A stretch of 24,000 nt of DNA from Nitrososphaerota archaeon (GCA_038874475.1 JAVZCJ010000004.1:48127-72126); one strand, 5' to 3'. Numbered from the stretch's first letter, positions 1 to 9,724 are shown. Notes: a model not told the origin generated them from the sequence alone. Translations and numbers: made by a program.

Positions 1-728
1 AATTTTATCCCTTCTTTTACATAAAGTGCTCCTGCACCTTTTGGTCCATAAACTTTATGGCTACTAAAAGAAGCTAAATCTATATTCATTTTTCTTAAAT
101 CTATTTTAATTTTTCCAAAAGCATCACAAGCATCTGTGTGAACAAATGTTTCTGGATTTTTATCTTTAATTATATCAACCACTGCTTTCAAATATTGTAT
201 TGTTCCTATTTCATGATTTACAGTTGCTATACTTACTAAAAGAGTATCTTTATCAATATTTTTATCTATAAAATCTATATCTACGAACCCTTCTTTATCA
301 ACTGGAATTTTAATAACTTTATATCCATATTTTTGAAGATTATCAGCTGGAAAGATTACACTTAAATGCTCTATGCTTGATACAAATATCTTCTTCCTTT
401 CTTTATAAGATTCGGCTAATCCTAAAATAGCTAAATTATTAGCTTCAGTACCATTATGAGTATATACTATTTCTTCAGGATTACAATTTAAAGCATTGGC
501 TAATATATTGCTTGACTCATAAAGTTTTTCGTAAGATTCCCATCCAATTTTATGTGTTATAGATGGATGACCATATCCAATATTTTCATAAGCTTCGATT
601 AAAGCTTCTAAAGCTTCAGGAAATATTAATCCAGAATTTTCTGAATCAAGATATACTTCCTTTTTAGGTTTACCATGAGATTCTAAAAGAGAACGTACAT
701 CTTTAATTATGTCACTAGACATTATCAT
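1..728 (-). CDS. Class V aminotransferase / cysteine desulfurase (NifS/IscS-like), 3' end outside window
   Basis: Manual reverse-strand translation: MIMSSDIIKDVRSLLESHGKPKKEVYLDSENSGLIFPEALEALIEAYENIGYGHPS...YTHNGTEANNLAILG...ATVNHEIGTIQ...HTDACDAFGKIKIDL...SFSSHKVYGPKGAGALYV. Contains the PLP-lysine SSHKxxGPKG motif. Start overlaps the TusA-like stop (ATGA). Confidence 0.93.
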   Translation of the reverse strand, partial: MIMSSDIIKDVRSLLESHGKPKKEVYLDSENSGLIFPEALEALIEAYENIGYGHPSITHKIGWESYEKLYESSNILANALNCNPEEIVYTHNGTEANNLAILGLAESYKERKKIFVSSIEHLSVIFPADNLQKYGYKVIKIPVDKEGFVDIDFIDKNIDKDTLLVSIATVNHEIGTIQYLKAVVDIIKDKNPETFVHTDACDAFGKIKIDLRKMNIDLASFSSHKVYGPKGAGALYVKEGIK

Positions 729-952
729 TTAACCTCCACATATATTTCATATACATCTCCATTCTTCTCAATTTTTAAAATATTATGCCCTACATTAGAA
801 GCCCATTCTTCTATATCAGAAGGAGCAGCTGGATCTGTAGCTAAGAGCTTAATTATTTGACCCGTTTTTGCTTTACTAATTGCTTCAACTAATGCTAATA
901 AAGGCCCTGGACAAAACTTAAATCTTGCATCAATTACTAAATCTACTTTCAT
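725..952 (-). CDS. TusA/SirA-family sulfur carrier protein
   Basis: 75 aa with the N-terminal FxCPGPLL motif and the small TusA-like fold pattern. Confidence 0.88.
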   Translation of the reverse strand: MKVDLVIDARFKFCPGPLLALVEAISKAKTGQIIKLLATDPAAPSDIEEWASNVGHNILKIEKNGDVYEIYVEVK

Positions 953-968
953 AATTAATCTACTTTAT

Positions 969-1379
969 TTAAGAAATAAATAAGTTTACTTCAGAATCTT
1001 TAGCTTTGGATAGAAAAGTTGGAGCACCAACTATATTGTCTACAAAATCTTCAAGATTTCCTTTATTAATTCCAAGCAGTTCCATAGTAGTTGAACAAGC
1101 ATAGATTTTAAGTTTACCAGTATTTTTAAAAGATTTAATCATATTTTTCCATTCTGGAATTTTACCTAATTCTATCATTTTTATTAAAGATTCTTTATAT
1201 TCATTATAGTCTAAGCTTACATTTTTAGTTTCATATCCTTTCTTTAAAGCTAGTAAGCCCCAAAAAGTGAAAAATATTTCAGCATCCCATCCCATAGCAA
1301 CAGAACTAGTTGCAAGTATTATTGCTGGATAAATTTTATCTATTCTTTCAGAAGCTAATATGATAGATATTTTAGGCAT
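969..1379 (-). CDS. DsrE/DsrF-like family protein
   Basis: 136 aa, N-term KISIILASERIDKIYPAIILATSSVAMGWDAEIFFTFWGL and LKIYACSTTMELLGI, typical of DsrE/F/DrsH-like proteins. Same strand, adjacent to TusA. Confidence 0.8.
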   Translation of the reverse strand: MPKISIILASERIDKIYPAIILATSSVAMGWDAEIFFTFWGLLALKKGYETKNVSLDYNEYKESLIKMIELGKIPEWKNMIKSFKNTGKLKIYACSTTMELLGINKGNLEDFVDNIVGAPTFLSKAKDSEVNLFIS

Positions 1380-1579
1380 ACTTTTTCAATAAAATAAATA
1401 TAACGCTGTTATATAAAGTTTTAAAAATATAATGGAAAAATTGAAAGAATTTTTAATTCTCTTCTATAATTTACTAATTATCGAATAAACCTTATTTAAA
1501 ATATATTTAATATATTGCCTAAGTAATAAGCGATTTTAAGAGCTTCTAAAATTCTCCAAAAGTTTTTTTTGAAGAATAT

Positions 1580-2185
1580 TTACTTCTTAGCTTCTTTTCT
1601 GTAAATAATTGAAGCTGCTAAACAGAGCAAACCTGAGAGCAAAGCTATCCAAAACCTAAATGTAAATTGAGATAAAACTTTGATCTTTAAGGTAGCATCA
1701 ATATACAATATTGGATAAAGATTTATAGTTAGAGATTGATTTGAATATGGCATTAATGCGTCTTTTAAGTTTGGTGAAACTTGAGATATGATTGGTATGA
1801 ATTGTTGTACTGAAGATATTATTACAATAATGCCGATCAAGATTATAACAATAAATACTACAGGAATTGTGAATGGTCTGAGATTGAAGAGCCTTCGTGA
1901 CCATGTTTTATTATATAACAATGAACCAACAATTATTGTAATCGATCCAATTATAGCGAGCAATCTTTCACATAAGAATAATCCTATCATAAAAGGTGGC
2001 GGCTTAATGAGTTCCAAACCTAAAAGCTCAAACTTAAAATCAAATGGAGAAAGCCCAATGTATAGGAAAGGTTTAGAAATTTCACCTCCAATAAATTCCC
2101 ACCAAGAACCACCAACTATAGATATTATTAGAAAAATAATTCCACTGATTAAATAGAGAATTCTAGATTTCTTCATTTTTCTCAC
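1580..2185 (-). CDS. Hypothetical multi-pass membrane protein
   Basis: 201 aa with several hydrophobic helices. Start overlaps the upstream gene's stop (ATGA). Confidence 0.6.
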   Translation of the reverse strand: MRKMKKSRILYLISGIIFLIISIVGGSWWEFIGGEISKPFLYIGLSPFDFKFELLGLELIKPPPFMIGLFLCERLLAIIGSITIIVGSLLYNKTWSRRLFNLRPFTIPVVFIVIILIGIIVIISSVQQFIPIISQVSPNLKDALMPYSNQSLTINLYPILYIDATLKIKVLSQFTFRFWIALLSGLLCLAASIIYRKEAKK

Positions 2186-2694
2186 CTTGAAAAACTAAAA
2201 TTATTTAAAGAGAAATCGAGTGGAATTTCGATTAAATTTAAGACCAAAGTAGCGCTCCCTGAAAGATTAACAGGAGATCCTTGTGTGAATATCATTATAA
2301 AGTCTTCGACAGACCCTTTTTCTAATGAGAACAAAAATTGTACGCTTTCTTCCTCATTAGGTTCTAAAATAAATGGTGCTTGAAGAATTACTTTTCCATC
2401 AATATTTGATGAAGGAACGATTATTCTCACGTATAATTTATTTAAGCCAACTCTAGTATTCCCGCTATTAAACAATTTAACATTTAGTAAGTATTTTCCA
2501 TCTACAGCAAGATGCTCTATTGAGATTATGTGAATTGAACTTGGGTCAAATGATGGAAATTCTTGAGTTGAAATTAAATCTGGCATAACGAAATTTGTTA
2601 GAGATCCTGAAGTGAAATAGTAGAATGTTAAAGGTAATACAATTGCTATAATTGTAATAATTCTGAGCAACCATATTATAATTTTTTCACTCAT
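2182..2694 (-). CDS. Hypothetical membrane-anchored extracellular protein
   Basis: 170 aa, one N-terminal TM helix followed by a beta-rich region. Coupled to 1580..2185. Confidence 0.6.
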   Translation of the reverse strand: MSEKIIIWLLRIITIIAIVLPLTFYYFTSGSLTNFVMPDLISTQEFPSFDPSSIHIISIEHLAVDGKYLLNVKLFNSGNTRVGLNKLYVRIIVPSSNIDGKVILQAPFILEPNEEESVQFLFSLEKGSVEDFIMIFTQGSPVNLSGSATLVLNLIEIPLDFSLNNFSFSR

Positions 2695-2826
2695 CTTTTT
2701 TAAATACTTAATGAAAACTTATAAACTTTTCGGAAAAATTTTTTAAGCTTTTACTATTGAGAGTCCAAAGTTTTTTAACTTATTTAATAACTCAAATTTA
2801 GCAAGTAATGAATTCTTTTTCCAATT

Positions 2827-3669
2827 TTATGTTTCCTGTATTACCTTTTTCCAATAATCGTTTAATTCATATACTTTTTCATCATCTCCAACTAAGCCTT
2901 CTTCAATCATTCTAAGCTTTACTACTTTAGGAGTAGGCATAGCTATATGTTTTTCTAAGATTGCAAGACGTTTATAATCTTTCAAAATTAATAATCTTAA
3001 TATTGTTTTACTTATATATTCAAGATGAGAACCACCTATTACTTCAAACCTTTTTGCATCAAAACCCAATTCTAGGTCTAATAATTCTTGTTTTTTCAAC
3101 ATTTTATTCCTTTCCCTATCTAAAAATGTTTTATATGCAGCACTTTTAGTCCAGGATACAAGAATGACAGGTACATCATATTTTATAGCTAAACTCATTA
3201 ATTTTCCAGATTGATATGCAAGCTTACCTTGTAATTCTCTAGCTTCACTTGCTAAAAAGGAAGTTTTGGCAGCTAATAGTTGTTTATGATATTGGTTTAC
3301 AAAACTATCAACTATAAAAGCTAGTGGCTGAAGTCCCTCATTTTTTATTATTTCTTCCCATTTATGAATAATAATTTTATGTTGTTCACTTAAGCTATCT
3401 ACACGAGTTATATACATGCGTTCCAAAATTGATTGATTAATATTAAGAGCCTTTGCCATTTGTAATAATCTAGATTCGTGAAAACCTTGTTCTGTATCTA
3501 AATAGAAAAATTCTCCCTCACAATTTTTAGATAAATTAAGTATTGTTTGAAGGATTATTGTTGTTTTTCCACTTCCAGGATCTCCATAAATAAGATTTAT
3601 TGCACTTGCTAAGAAACCTCCACCCATTAATTTATCTAAAATTTTACAACCAGTAGAAATATACCTCAT
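2827..3669 (-). CDS. RecA-superfamily ATPase, RadB/KaiC-like
   Basis: Walker A YGDPGSGKTTI, Walker B-like LAFIVDS, N-term STGCKILDKLMGGG typical of RadA/RadB. Confidence 0.82.
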   Translation of the reverse strand: MRYISTGCKILDKLMGGGFLASAINLIYGDPGSGKTTIILQTILNLSKNCEGEFFYLDTEQGFHESRLLQMAKALNINQSILERMYITRVDSLSEQHKIIIHKWEEIIKNEGLQPLAFIVDSFVNQYHKQLLAAKTSFLASEARELQGKLAYQSGKLMSLAIKYDVPVILVSWTKSAAYKTFLDRERNKMLKKQELLDLELGFDAKRFEVIGGSHLEYISKTILRLLILKDYKRLAILEKHIAMPTPKVVKLRMIEEGLVGDDEKVYELNDYWKKVIQET

Positions 3670-5759
3670 CTCTCTCCCTTCCTTAAAATACTCATTAAGA
3701 CATTCTTTGCAATTTTTAATGCTCTTTCAGCTTCTTTTTCTCCTATGCTTAAGTCTGCTTTTTCAGCTTTATTCTTTATTTCTTCTAACCATTCAATATC
3801 CTCCATTTCTATTGGTTTTAGGCCTTCAATACATAAAGTTTCATACAATGCTTTAAATTTTTTCCATCTAGTTTTTTCTGGATTTGAAATTAATAATATC
3901 ATCACATGCCTAACTAGATTATAACTTAAAATAATTGATTGGCACCATTCTTGATGTAAAAATTTCTTCTCTATTTCGATTAATTTTTTAACAAGTTTTT
4001 CGTTAATTTTTAAATAAATTTCTTCTTCTTTAATATCTTCTTTCTTTTTTATAAAATTCCTTTCTTCCCATTCATTAATTGCAATAATTCCCTTTTCAGT
4101 TATTTCTATTTTTTCTTCATCATCTGAAGAAATTTTCAAATATTTTTTATCGATAAGTTCTTTAATCAATTCTCTTATATCATTTAATTCATATTTTTCT
4201 GAAAGATATGCTTGAATTGTTGCTATATTTACATTTTTTAATTGAAACATAAGCTTCATAATATTATATGCAACTTCACTTTTATTAAGGAAATCTTTTT
4301 TAAGAGTTGTAACATTTTCTCCTATTTCTTTTTCAAGTACATTTTCCATGTCTTTATCAATATCTATATTAAAATCTATTATAGGTGTAAGCATTAGAAA
4401 AGTTTTCATACCTTCATGTGTCATTACTTTCACAATACTTTCTTGAGGTGAAAGTTTTAATATAAAATTGTCTCCTTCTCTTCCTAATGCAAATACTTTA
4501 GATATTTCATTTGCAATATATGGATCTTCAATAGCTGTTATTATTAAATTTGGAGTTATACTATAAGCATAATTTGCTATCCATGTTGCAGAAGTATGCA
4601 ATAATAAACTAATATTCTTTGATGCTTCTTTAAGCATGTACATCAATCTTTCCATTACAGGTCTATAATCATATGGTAAAAGATGTATTTGGGGTAAAAG
4701 GTTTTGTAATTCATCTATAACTATAAGAATCTTTTCTTTCTTCCTTTTTAAAACTTGATGCAAAACACCTATAAACAATATTAGAAGGAAAGTTTTTTGT
4801 TCCCTATCTATTCCGCCTACTCTTAAGCATATTATTTCGCCTCTTTTTGGTAAAAAGTTTAAAATATTTTTTCCCTCATCAGAAAAAATTTTTGTTAATA
4901 AAAGCTTTTTAATATCTGCTTTTAAAATATCTGCTCTTCTCTTTTCAAAAAATCTATTTAAACCATCACTCCATAAATTTACTTGATCAACTCTTAATAT
5001 ATTTTCATATTCATATTGATTATAAAAGAAATCTGCTAATAAGCTTGCTTCTTCAATATCCAATGTGCATGCAACAGAAATGGCCATTGCTAAAATATTT
5101 GTCCAAATTTTTAAAGGTAATGGTTTCGCATCCATTGGATTAATTAAAGTATCAATACCAATATTATAAACCTTAGTTGAGGTAAAATTCTTAGGAACTC
5201 CAATGATATTAGATGAATCAAAAATAATTATTCCATTTTCTTTCATAGCAGCTTCTTTGATTATTTTACGCATAATGTTTAATCCATAAGATCCAAAAAT
5301 TGTTATGCCTCTTTCAAGATTTTCAAAATTAATTCCTGTTTTTGAAAAATATCCAAAAAAAGATTTGCCAATCCATTTATACCCTAAAATTATATCTGCT
5401 TTGATTTTATTATTAGAAGAAAAATTATTCATTTCTAAACTATCTTTAATAAATTTATTAATAATTTGCATTCTATTTTTTGAAAATAAGCTAGATATGA
5501 AAAGAGCTATTTTAAATGAAAAAATAAATGGTGATTTAAAAAAGTTTGCTATACTTTTTCTAATTCTTTTTGATATGAATGATAAAATTGCTATTATTGG
5601 TAATAAAAAAATTATGATTGTTAAGAAAGGAATAAACAATATAAAAATGAAAATTATTAAAAATATTGTAGTAAAAGGTAACATTTTTCCTATGAAATTT
5701 ATACTTTCTTCATCTAAAATTGTATCAAATTTTTCTCTTGATAAACTCTTTCCCATCAA
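3666..5759 (-). CDS. Membrane-anchored HerA/TraG(VirD4)-like ATPase homolog with degenerate P-loop
   Basis: 697 aa. N-terminal hydrophobic helices, region GITIFGSYGLNIMRKII where a P-loop would be, Walker B-like ILIVIDELQNLLP, C-terminal winged-helix-like and helical regions. ATGA overlap with the RadB-like gene. Confidence 0.65.
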   Translation of the reverse strand: MMGKSLSREKFDTILDEESINFIGKMLPFTTIFLIIFIFILFIPFLTIIIFLLPIIAILSFISKRIRKSIANFFKSPFIFSFKIALFISSLFSKNRMQIINKFIKDSLEMNNFSSNNKIKADIILGYKWIGKSFFGYFSKTGINFENLERGITIFGSYGLNIMRKIIKEAAMKENGIIIFDSSNIIGVPKNFTSTKVYNIGIDTLINPMDAKPLPLKIWTNILAMAISVACTLDIEEASLLADFFYNQYEYENILRVDQVNLWSDGLNRFFEKRRADILKADIKKLLLTKIFSDEGKNILNFLPKRGEIICLRVGGIDREQKTFLLILFIGVLHQVLKRKKEKILIVIDELQNLLPQIHLLPYDYRPVMERLMYMLKEASKNISLLLHTSATWIANYAYSITPNLIITAIEDPYIANEISKVFALGREGDNFILKLSPQESIVKVMTHEGMKTFLMLTPIIDFNIDIDKDMENVLEKEIGENVTTLKKDFLNKSEVAYNIMKLMFQLKNVNIATIQAYLSEKYELNDIRELIKELIDKKYLKISSDDEEKIEITEKGIIAINEWEERNFIKKKEDIKEEEIYLKINEKLVKKLIEIEKKFLHQEWCQSIILSYNLVRHVMILLISNPEKTRWKKFKALYETLCIEGLKPIEMEDIEWLEEIKNKAEKADLSIGEKEAERALKIAKNVLMSILRKGER

Positions 5760-5889
5760 TTTTTCATTAATATTTCTAAGATTTATTCATATTGTAAAAC
5801 ATTTTTTGAAAAATTAGCTTAACTCTTCTTAAAAATTGTTAAAAAAGGAATATTTTTAATTAATTTATTTTAATTTTTCTTAACAATCC

Positions 5890-6342
5890 TTAACTTTTCT
5901 TAAATTTGCCTTTTAACCATAAAGCAAATATCCATAATGGAAATGCGATGATAAGCCCACCTATTATTCTTAAAGGCATGCTTTTTTCTATAGCGCTATA
6001 AATTGTATAAAGAAATATCGCCATTCCTATGAATATAAGAGCATATATTATTGTTTTTTCTAAAATATTTTTTATTTCAATTTTATGTTTAATTTCAATA
6101 CCTTTTATTTCTTCATGTTTTTCTTCAGGAATTTTTGATAAACAAAAAACAACTTTATTCTCAATTCTCTTTTTTACAATAACCCCTTTTGAAAGCAATC
6201 TATTAATCCTTACATAAATTGAAGGTTTTGAAACATTTAAAGCTAAACTTAATTCTGCTGCACTCATAGGTTTATTTTCTAAAAGCTTAATTATTTTTAC
6301 TTCTAAATCATCAATTATTCTATTTTTCTCTTCTGCATTCAT
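5890..6342 (-). CDS. Winged-helix (MarR/ArsR-like) DNA-binding protein with C-terminal transmembrane helices
   Basis: VKIIKLLENKPMSAAELSLALNVSKPSIYVRINRLLSKGVIVKK is wHTH; two hydrophobic helices follow at the C-terminus. Confidence 0.75.
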   Translation of the reverse strand: MNAEEKNRIIDDLEVKIIKLLENKPMSAAELSLALNVSKPSIYVRINRLLSKGVIVKKRIENKVVFCLSKIPEEKHEEIKGIEIKHKIEIKNILEKTIIYALIFIGMAIFLYTIYSAIEKSMPLRIIGGLIIAFPLWIFALWLKGKFKKS

Positions 6343-6420
6343 CTATTAATAATATTTTCTCATAAAATAAATAATTATAAATAGAAATATTTTTAAGGAG
6401 AAAATAATAATTCTAAATTA

Positions 6421-6711
6421 ATGGAAATGTCTAATGAAGAAATAAAAAATAATATTGTAGCTGTAGGTCATAAACCAATAGATCGCTATATTACAGCATG
6501 CATAACCTTGTTTAATGAAGGGAAAAAAGAAGTTATTTTTAGAGCAAGAGGGAAAGCAATTCCAAAATGCATAGATGTTGTTGAATCTCTTCGTAAAAGC
6601 TTTATGAAAGATGCTATTATTAAGAGGATTTCTATTGGAAGTGATGAAAAAATATTAGAAAATGGAGGAAAAAAATATATTAGCTATATAGAAATCGTAG
6701 TTACGCATTAA
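6421..6711 (+). CDS. albA: Alba family DNA/RNA-binding protein
   Basis: NNIVAVGHKPIDRYITACITLFNEGKKEVIFRARGKAIPKCIDVVESLRKSF is classic Alba. Confidence 0.93.
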   Translation: MEMSNEEIKNNIVAVGHKPIDRYITACITLFNEGKKEVIFRARGKAIPKCIDVVESLRKSFMKDAIIKRISIGSDEKILENGGKKYISYIEIVVTH

Positions 6712-6780
6712 ATAGTTTTATTTATAAAGAATTTAAACTACTTATAAATATGGATTTCTAGAAAAACTGGTGATTTTTAT

Positions 6781-8127
6781 ATGAAATATCCAAATATTAA
6801 AGTTCCACCTCCAGGACCAATTGCTAGAGAGATTTTAAAAAGAGATGAAGAAGTAATTTCTCAATCTTTCACAAGATATTATCCTCTTGTTGTAAAATCT
6901 GCAAAAGGAAGCATAGTAGAAGATGTTGATGGTAATCAATATATAGATTTTAATTCTGGAATACTTTGTTCTAATGTAGGGCATAGTCATCCATATGTAA
7001 TTGAAAGAATTAAAAAACAAATTGAAAAATTTCTAAATTATTCATTAACAGATTTTTATTTTGAAAATGCTGTAACGCTTGCTGAAGAACTTTCTAAAAT
7101 AACTCCAGGCTCTTTTAAGAAAAGAGTCTATTTTGGAAATAGTGGGACTGAAGCAATAGAAGCAGCTATAAAAATGTCTAGATGGCATACACGAAAATCA
7201 TATTTTATTGCTTTTATTAATAGTTTTCACGGAAGGACTATTGGGTCTTTAAGTTTAACTGCAAGCAAACCTGTTCAAAAGAAGTATTTTTCTCCACTTA
7301 TGCCAAATGTAATTCACGTTCCTTTCTCATATTGTTATAGATGTGCATTTAAACAAACATATCCTGAATGCAATTTATGGTGTGTTGATTATATAAAAGA
7401 ATATGTATTAGAAAAATATGTTCCACCAGAAGAAGTTTCAGCAATAGTTTTTGAACCTATCCAAGGAGAAGGTGGATACATATTTCCTCCAGACGATTAT
7501 TTTATAAGATTAAAGAAGCTGGCTGATGAATATGATATATTGCTTATAGACGATGAAATACAAGCTGGAATGGGTAGAACTGGAAAATGGTTTGCAATAG
7601 AACACTATAATATATCTCCAGATATTTTATGTATTGCAAAATCTTTAGCTTCTGGTTTACCATTAGGTGCTACTGTAGCAGAAGAATCTATAATGGATTG
7701 GGAAGTTGGAAGTCATGCAACAACTTTTGGAGGATGTCCTGTTTCTTGTGAAGCAGCTCTTGCAACGATCTCAATTATAAGAAATGAAAATCTTTTGGAA
7801 CGTGCCACTAGACTTGGAAGAAATGTTTTAAAAAGGCTTAAAGAAATGGAAGAAAAATATGAATTAATTGGTGATGTACGTGGAAAAGGGTTAATGATAG
7901 GGGTTGAAATAGTATCTAATAAAAAATCTAAAACTCCTGGTAAAAAAGAAGCTAAAGAAATTATGATGAGATGTTTTAAACAAGGGTTAGCGATTATTAG
8001 TTGTGGCATTTCTACTTTTAGAGTAGCACCTCCACTTAATATAGAAGAAGAATATCTTGAAACAGGTCTTAACATATTTGAAGATGTTATTAAAGAATAT
8101 GAAAATGAATTAAAAATAATGAAATAA
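6781..8127 (+). CDS. Class-III PLP aminotransferase (4-aminobutyrate / acetylornithine family; possibly broad-specificity racemase type)
   Basis: NSGTEAIEAAIKMSRW, FEPIQGEGGY, LLIDDEIQAGMGRTG, catalytic Lys in IAKSLASGLPLGA, and a Cys-rich YCYRCAFKQTYPECNLWCVDYI insert as in archaeal GABA-AT-like enzymes. Confidence 0.9.
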   Translation: MKYPNIKVPPPGPIAREILKRDEEVISQSFTRYYPLVVKSAKGSIVEDVDGNQYIDFNSGILCSNVGHSHPYVIERIKKQIEKFLNYSLTDFYFENAVTLAEELSKITPGSFKKRVYFGNSGTEAIEAAIKMSRWHTRKSYFIAFINSFHGRTIGSLSLTASKPVQKKYFSPLMPNVIHVPFSYCYRCAFKQTYPECNLWCVDYIKEYVLEKYVPPEEVSAIVFEPIQGEGGYIFPPDDYFIRLKKLADEYDILLIDDEIQAGMGRTGKWFAIEHYNISPDILCIAKSLASGLPLGATVAEESIMDWEVGSHATTFGGCPVSCEAALATISIIRNENLLERATRLGRNVLKRLKEMEEKYELIGDVRGKGLMIGVEIVSNKKSKTPGKKEAKEIMMRCFKQGLAIISCGISTFRVAPPLNIEEEYLETGLNIFEDVIKEYENELKIMK

Positions 8128-8129
8128 AT

Positions 8130-9545
8130 CTATTTAATAATCTCAATTACACTATCTGAAGTAACTTCTATTTCAAAATCTTTAAATCTCCTTTTTATAT
8201 TAACCCATTTAAATTTAATTTTCTCTCCTATATTTATTTGATTTATTTTTAAAGCATTATCGTGCCAAGCAATACCACTAATTATTTTCTCATTTCCAGA
8301 AATCCAGAAATAAATTTTTTCAACTAATCCATATTTTGTTTCAACTAATGTTAAAGGAGATTTTGATTTTAAAAAACCATATATAATGATATCTTTTTCT
8401 TCTTTAATAATATCATCTGGATTGTATTCCTTTATTTTATAATATGGAATATCTTCTATATCTTTTTTAAGAATCAAATAATCTTTCTCTTTCTCAATAA
8501 TGATTTCTTCTCTATCACCTTTAATATTCTTTATTCCCCTTTTTATAACAATAATATCATCTTTATTAATATCTAAATTTTTTGTTAAAAAGCATTTAAT
8601 TCTTACAATTTTATTTCCATCATAACCAAGAATACTTTTAAAATTCATTCCACGATCAATTATTTCAATAATTCTCAATTTTAAATTATTAACTATATCA
8701 TATTTTTCTTCTTTCTCTTCTTCTATTTTATTTTTATTATCAATTTTTATTATCCATGTATTCTTAGTTGTATGTACTTCAGATTTTTTTAATCTCACTT
8801 CAAATAAAATTACTTCATCGTTTATCTCTATATCATTAAATATATCTACTTTATCTCTCCATGCAACCAATTTTGTTTCATATGAATTATCTACTATAAT
8901 TGCTTCCTTTACATTTACTATTTCATTTTTTATATTAACACTTCTTAAGGGTTCAATATATTTGATTTTACATTTAATGTCAAAAACCCCTTCTTTATCT
9001 ATGACTTCTTTAAGTGGAAGAATATGATACAATACATCTGGTTGTTCATAATCTTCTTCCAATTTTTCTATTTTACCATTCTTTCCTATATTTAATTCTA
9101 ATCTATCAAACCTTTGTTTTACATATCCCCCTTCTATTTTAATAATGTCTCCAGGCTTAAGATTTAATTTTTCTACATTTAAAGCATTCTCATTCCATAA
9201 AATTAAATTAATTTTTCCTGTTTTATCTCCAATTTTCCCAAAAATATATGAGTGTTGGCCAACTTTTTTTAAAGGAGTTATAAAAAGTACTCTTCCAATT
9301 ATTGCAACATTTTTTAATCCTGAGACTAAATCTATTATTCTTGTTGTTAAAGTTTCTTTTTCAAGATTTTCAATATTATAATCTGGAAAGATATTTAGTT
9401 CTTCAGCTAAGATGAGTGCTGCTCCAAGTTTATTAAGAAAACGACTTTCTTTAATTTTTTCTTCTATTTTCTTCTCTATTTCTTCCCTTGTTAAATCTTT
9501 TCTTTTACTAATTATTAAAGAAATAATTTCTTCATAATTTTTCAT
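8130..9545 (-). CDS. RPA-like multi-OB-fold single-stranded DNA-binding protein
   Basis: 471 aa with repeated OB-type segments (FDIKCKIKYIEPLRSV, GDKTGKINLILWNENA, NIVNVKEAIIVDNSYETKLVAW). Confidence 0.8.
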   Translation of the reverse strand: MKNYEEIISLIISKRKDLTREEIEKKIEEKIKESRFLNKLGAALILAEELNIFPDYNIENLEKETLTTRIIDLVSGLKNVAIIGRVLFITPLKKVGQHSYIFGKIGDKTGKINLILWNENALNVEKLNLKPGDIIKIEGGYVKQRFDRLELNIGKNGKIEKLEEDYEQPDVLYHILPLKEVIDKEGVFDIKCKIKYIEPLRSVNIKNEIVNVKEAIIVDNSYETKLVAWRDKVDIFNDIEINDEVILFEVRLKKSEVHTTKNTWIIKIDNKNKIEEEKEEKYDIVNNLKLRIIEIIDRGMNFKSILGYDGNKIVRIKCFLTKNLDINKDDIIVIKRGIKNIKGDREEIIIEKEKDYLILKKDIEDIPYYKIKEYNPDDIIKEEKDIIIYGFLKSKSPLTLVETKYGLVEKIYFWISGNEKIISGIAWHDNALKINQINIGEKIKFKWVNIKRRFKDFEIEVTSDSVIEIIK

Positions 9546-9572
9546 TCTGCTTATCCTATTTACTATATTTAT

Positions 9573-9692
9573 TTAAGCTTCTTCTTCTCCTCTAGAAGTA
9601 TAGAAAATATATATGATTATTAATATAAAAACTAAAACAATTAATCCATATAAACCAAAGTAAGCAGTATTAAAAAAATCGCTTATTGACAT
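9573..9692 (-). CDS. Small single-pass membrane protein (39 aa), below the ORF-track size cutoff
   Basis: Reverse-strand ORF: MSISDFFNTAYFGLYGLIVLVFILIIIYIFYTSRGEEEA*. Fits the gap between the RPA-like and SWIM genes with a clear TM helix and charged tail. Confidence 0.5.
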   Translation of the reverse strand: MSISDFFNTAYFGLYGLIVLVFILIIIYIFYTSRGEEEA

Positions 9693-9724
9693 ATTTTTTC
9701 ATCTCTTTTTCATTATATAGAAAA

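Noticed and set aside
1698-2156. Overlapping ORFs at 1698..1904 (-) and 1788..2156 (+)
   Set aside because: Both lie inside the 1580..2185 membrane protein in other frames and resemble translated noise.
5305-5817. Plus-strand 170-aa ORF opposite the HerA-like gene
   Set aside because: Low-complexity Ile/Leu/Lys-rich antisense of the N-terminal transmembrane region of the real gene.
7713-8075. Minus-strand 120-aa ORF inside the aminotransferase
   Set aside because: Antisense shadow of a well-supported class-III aminotransferase.
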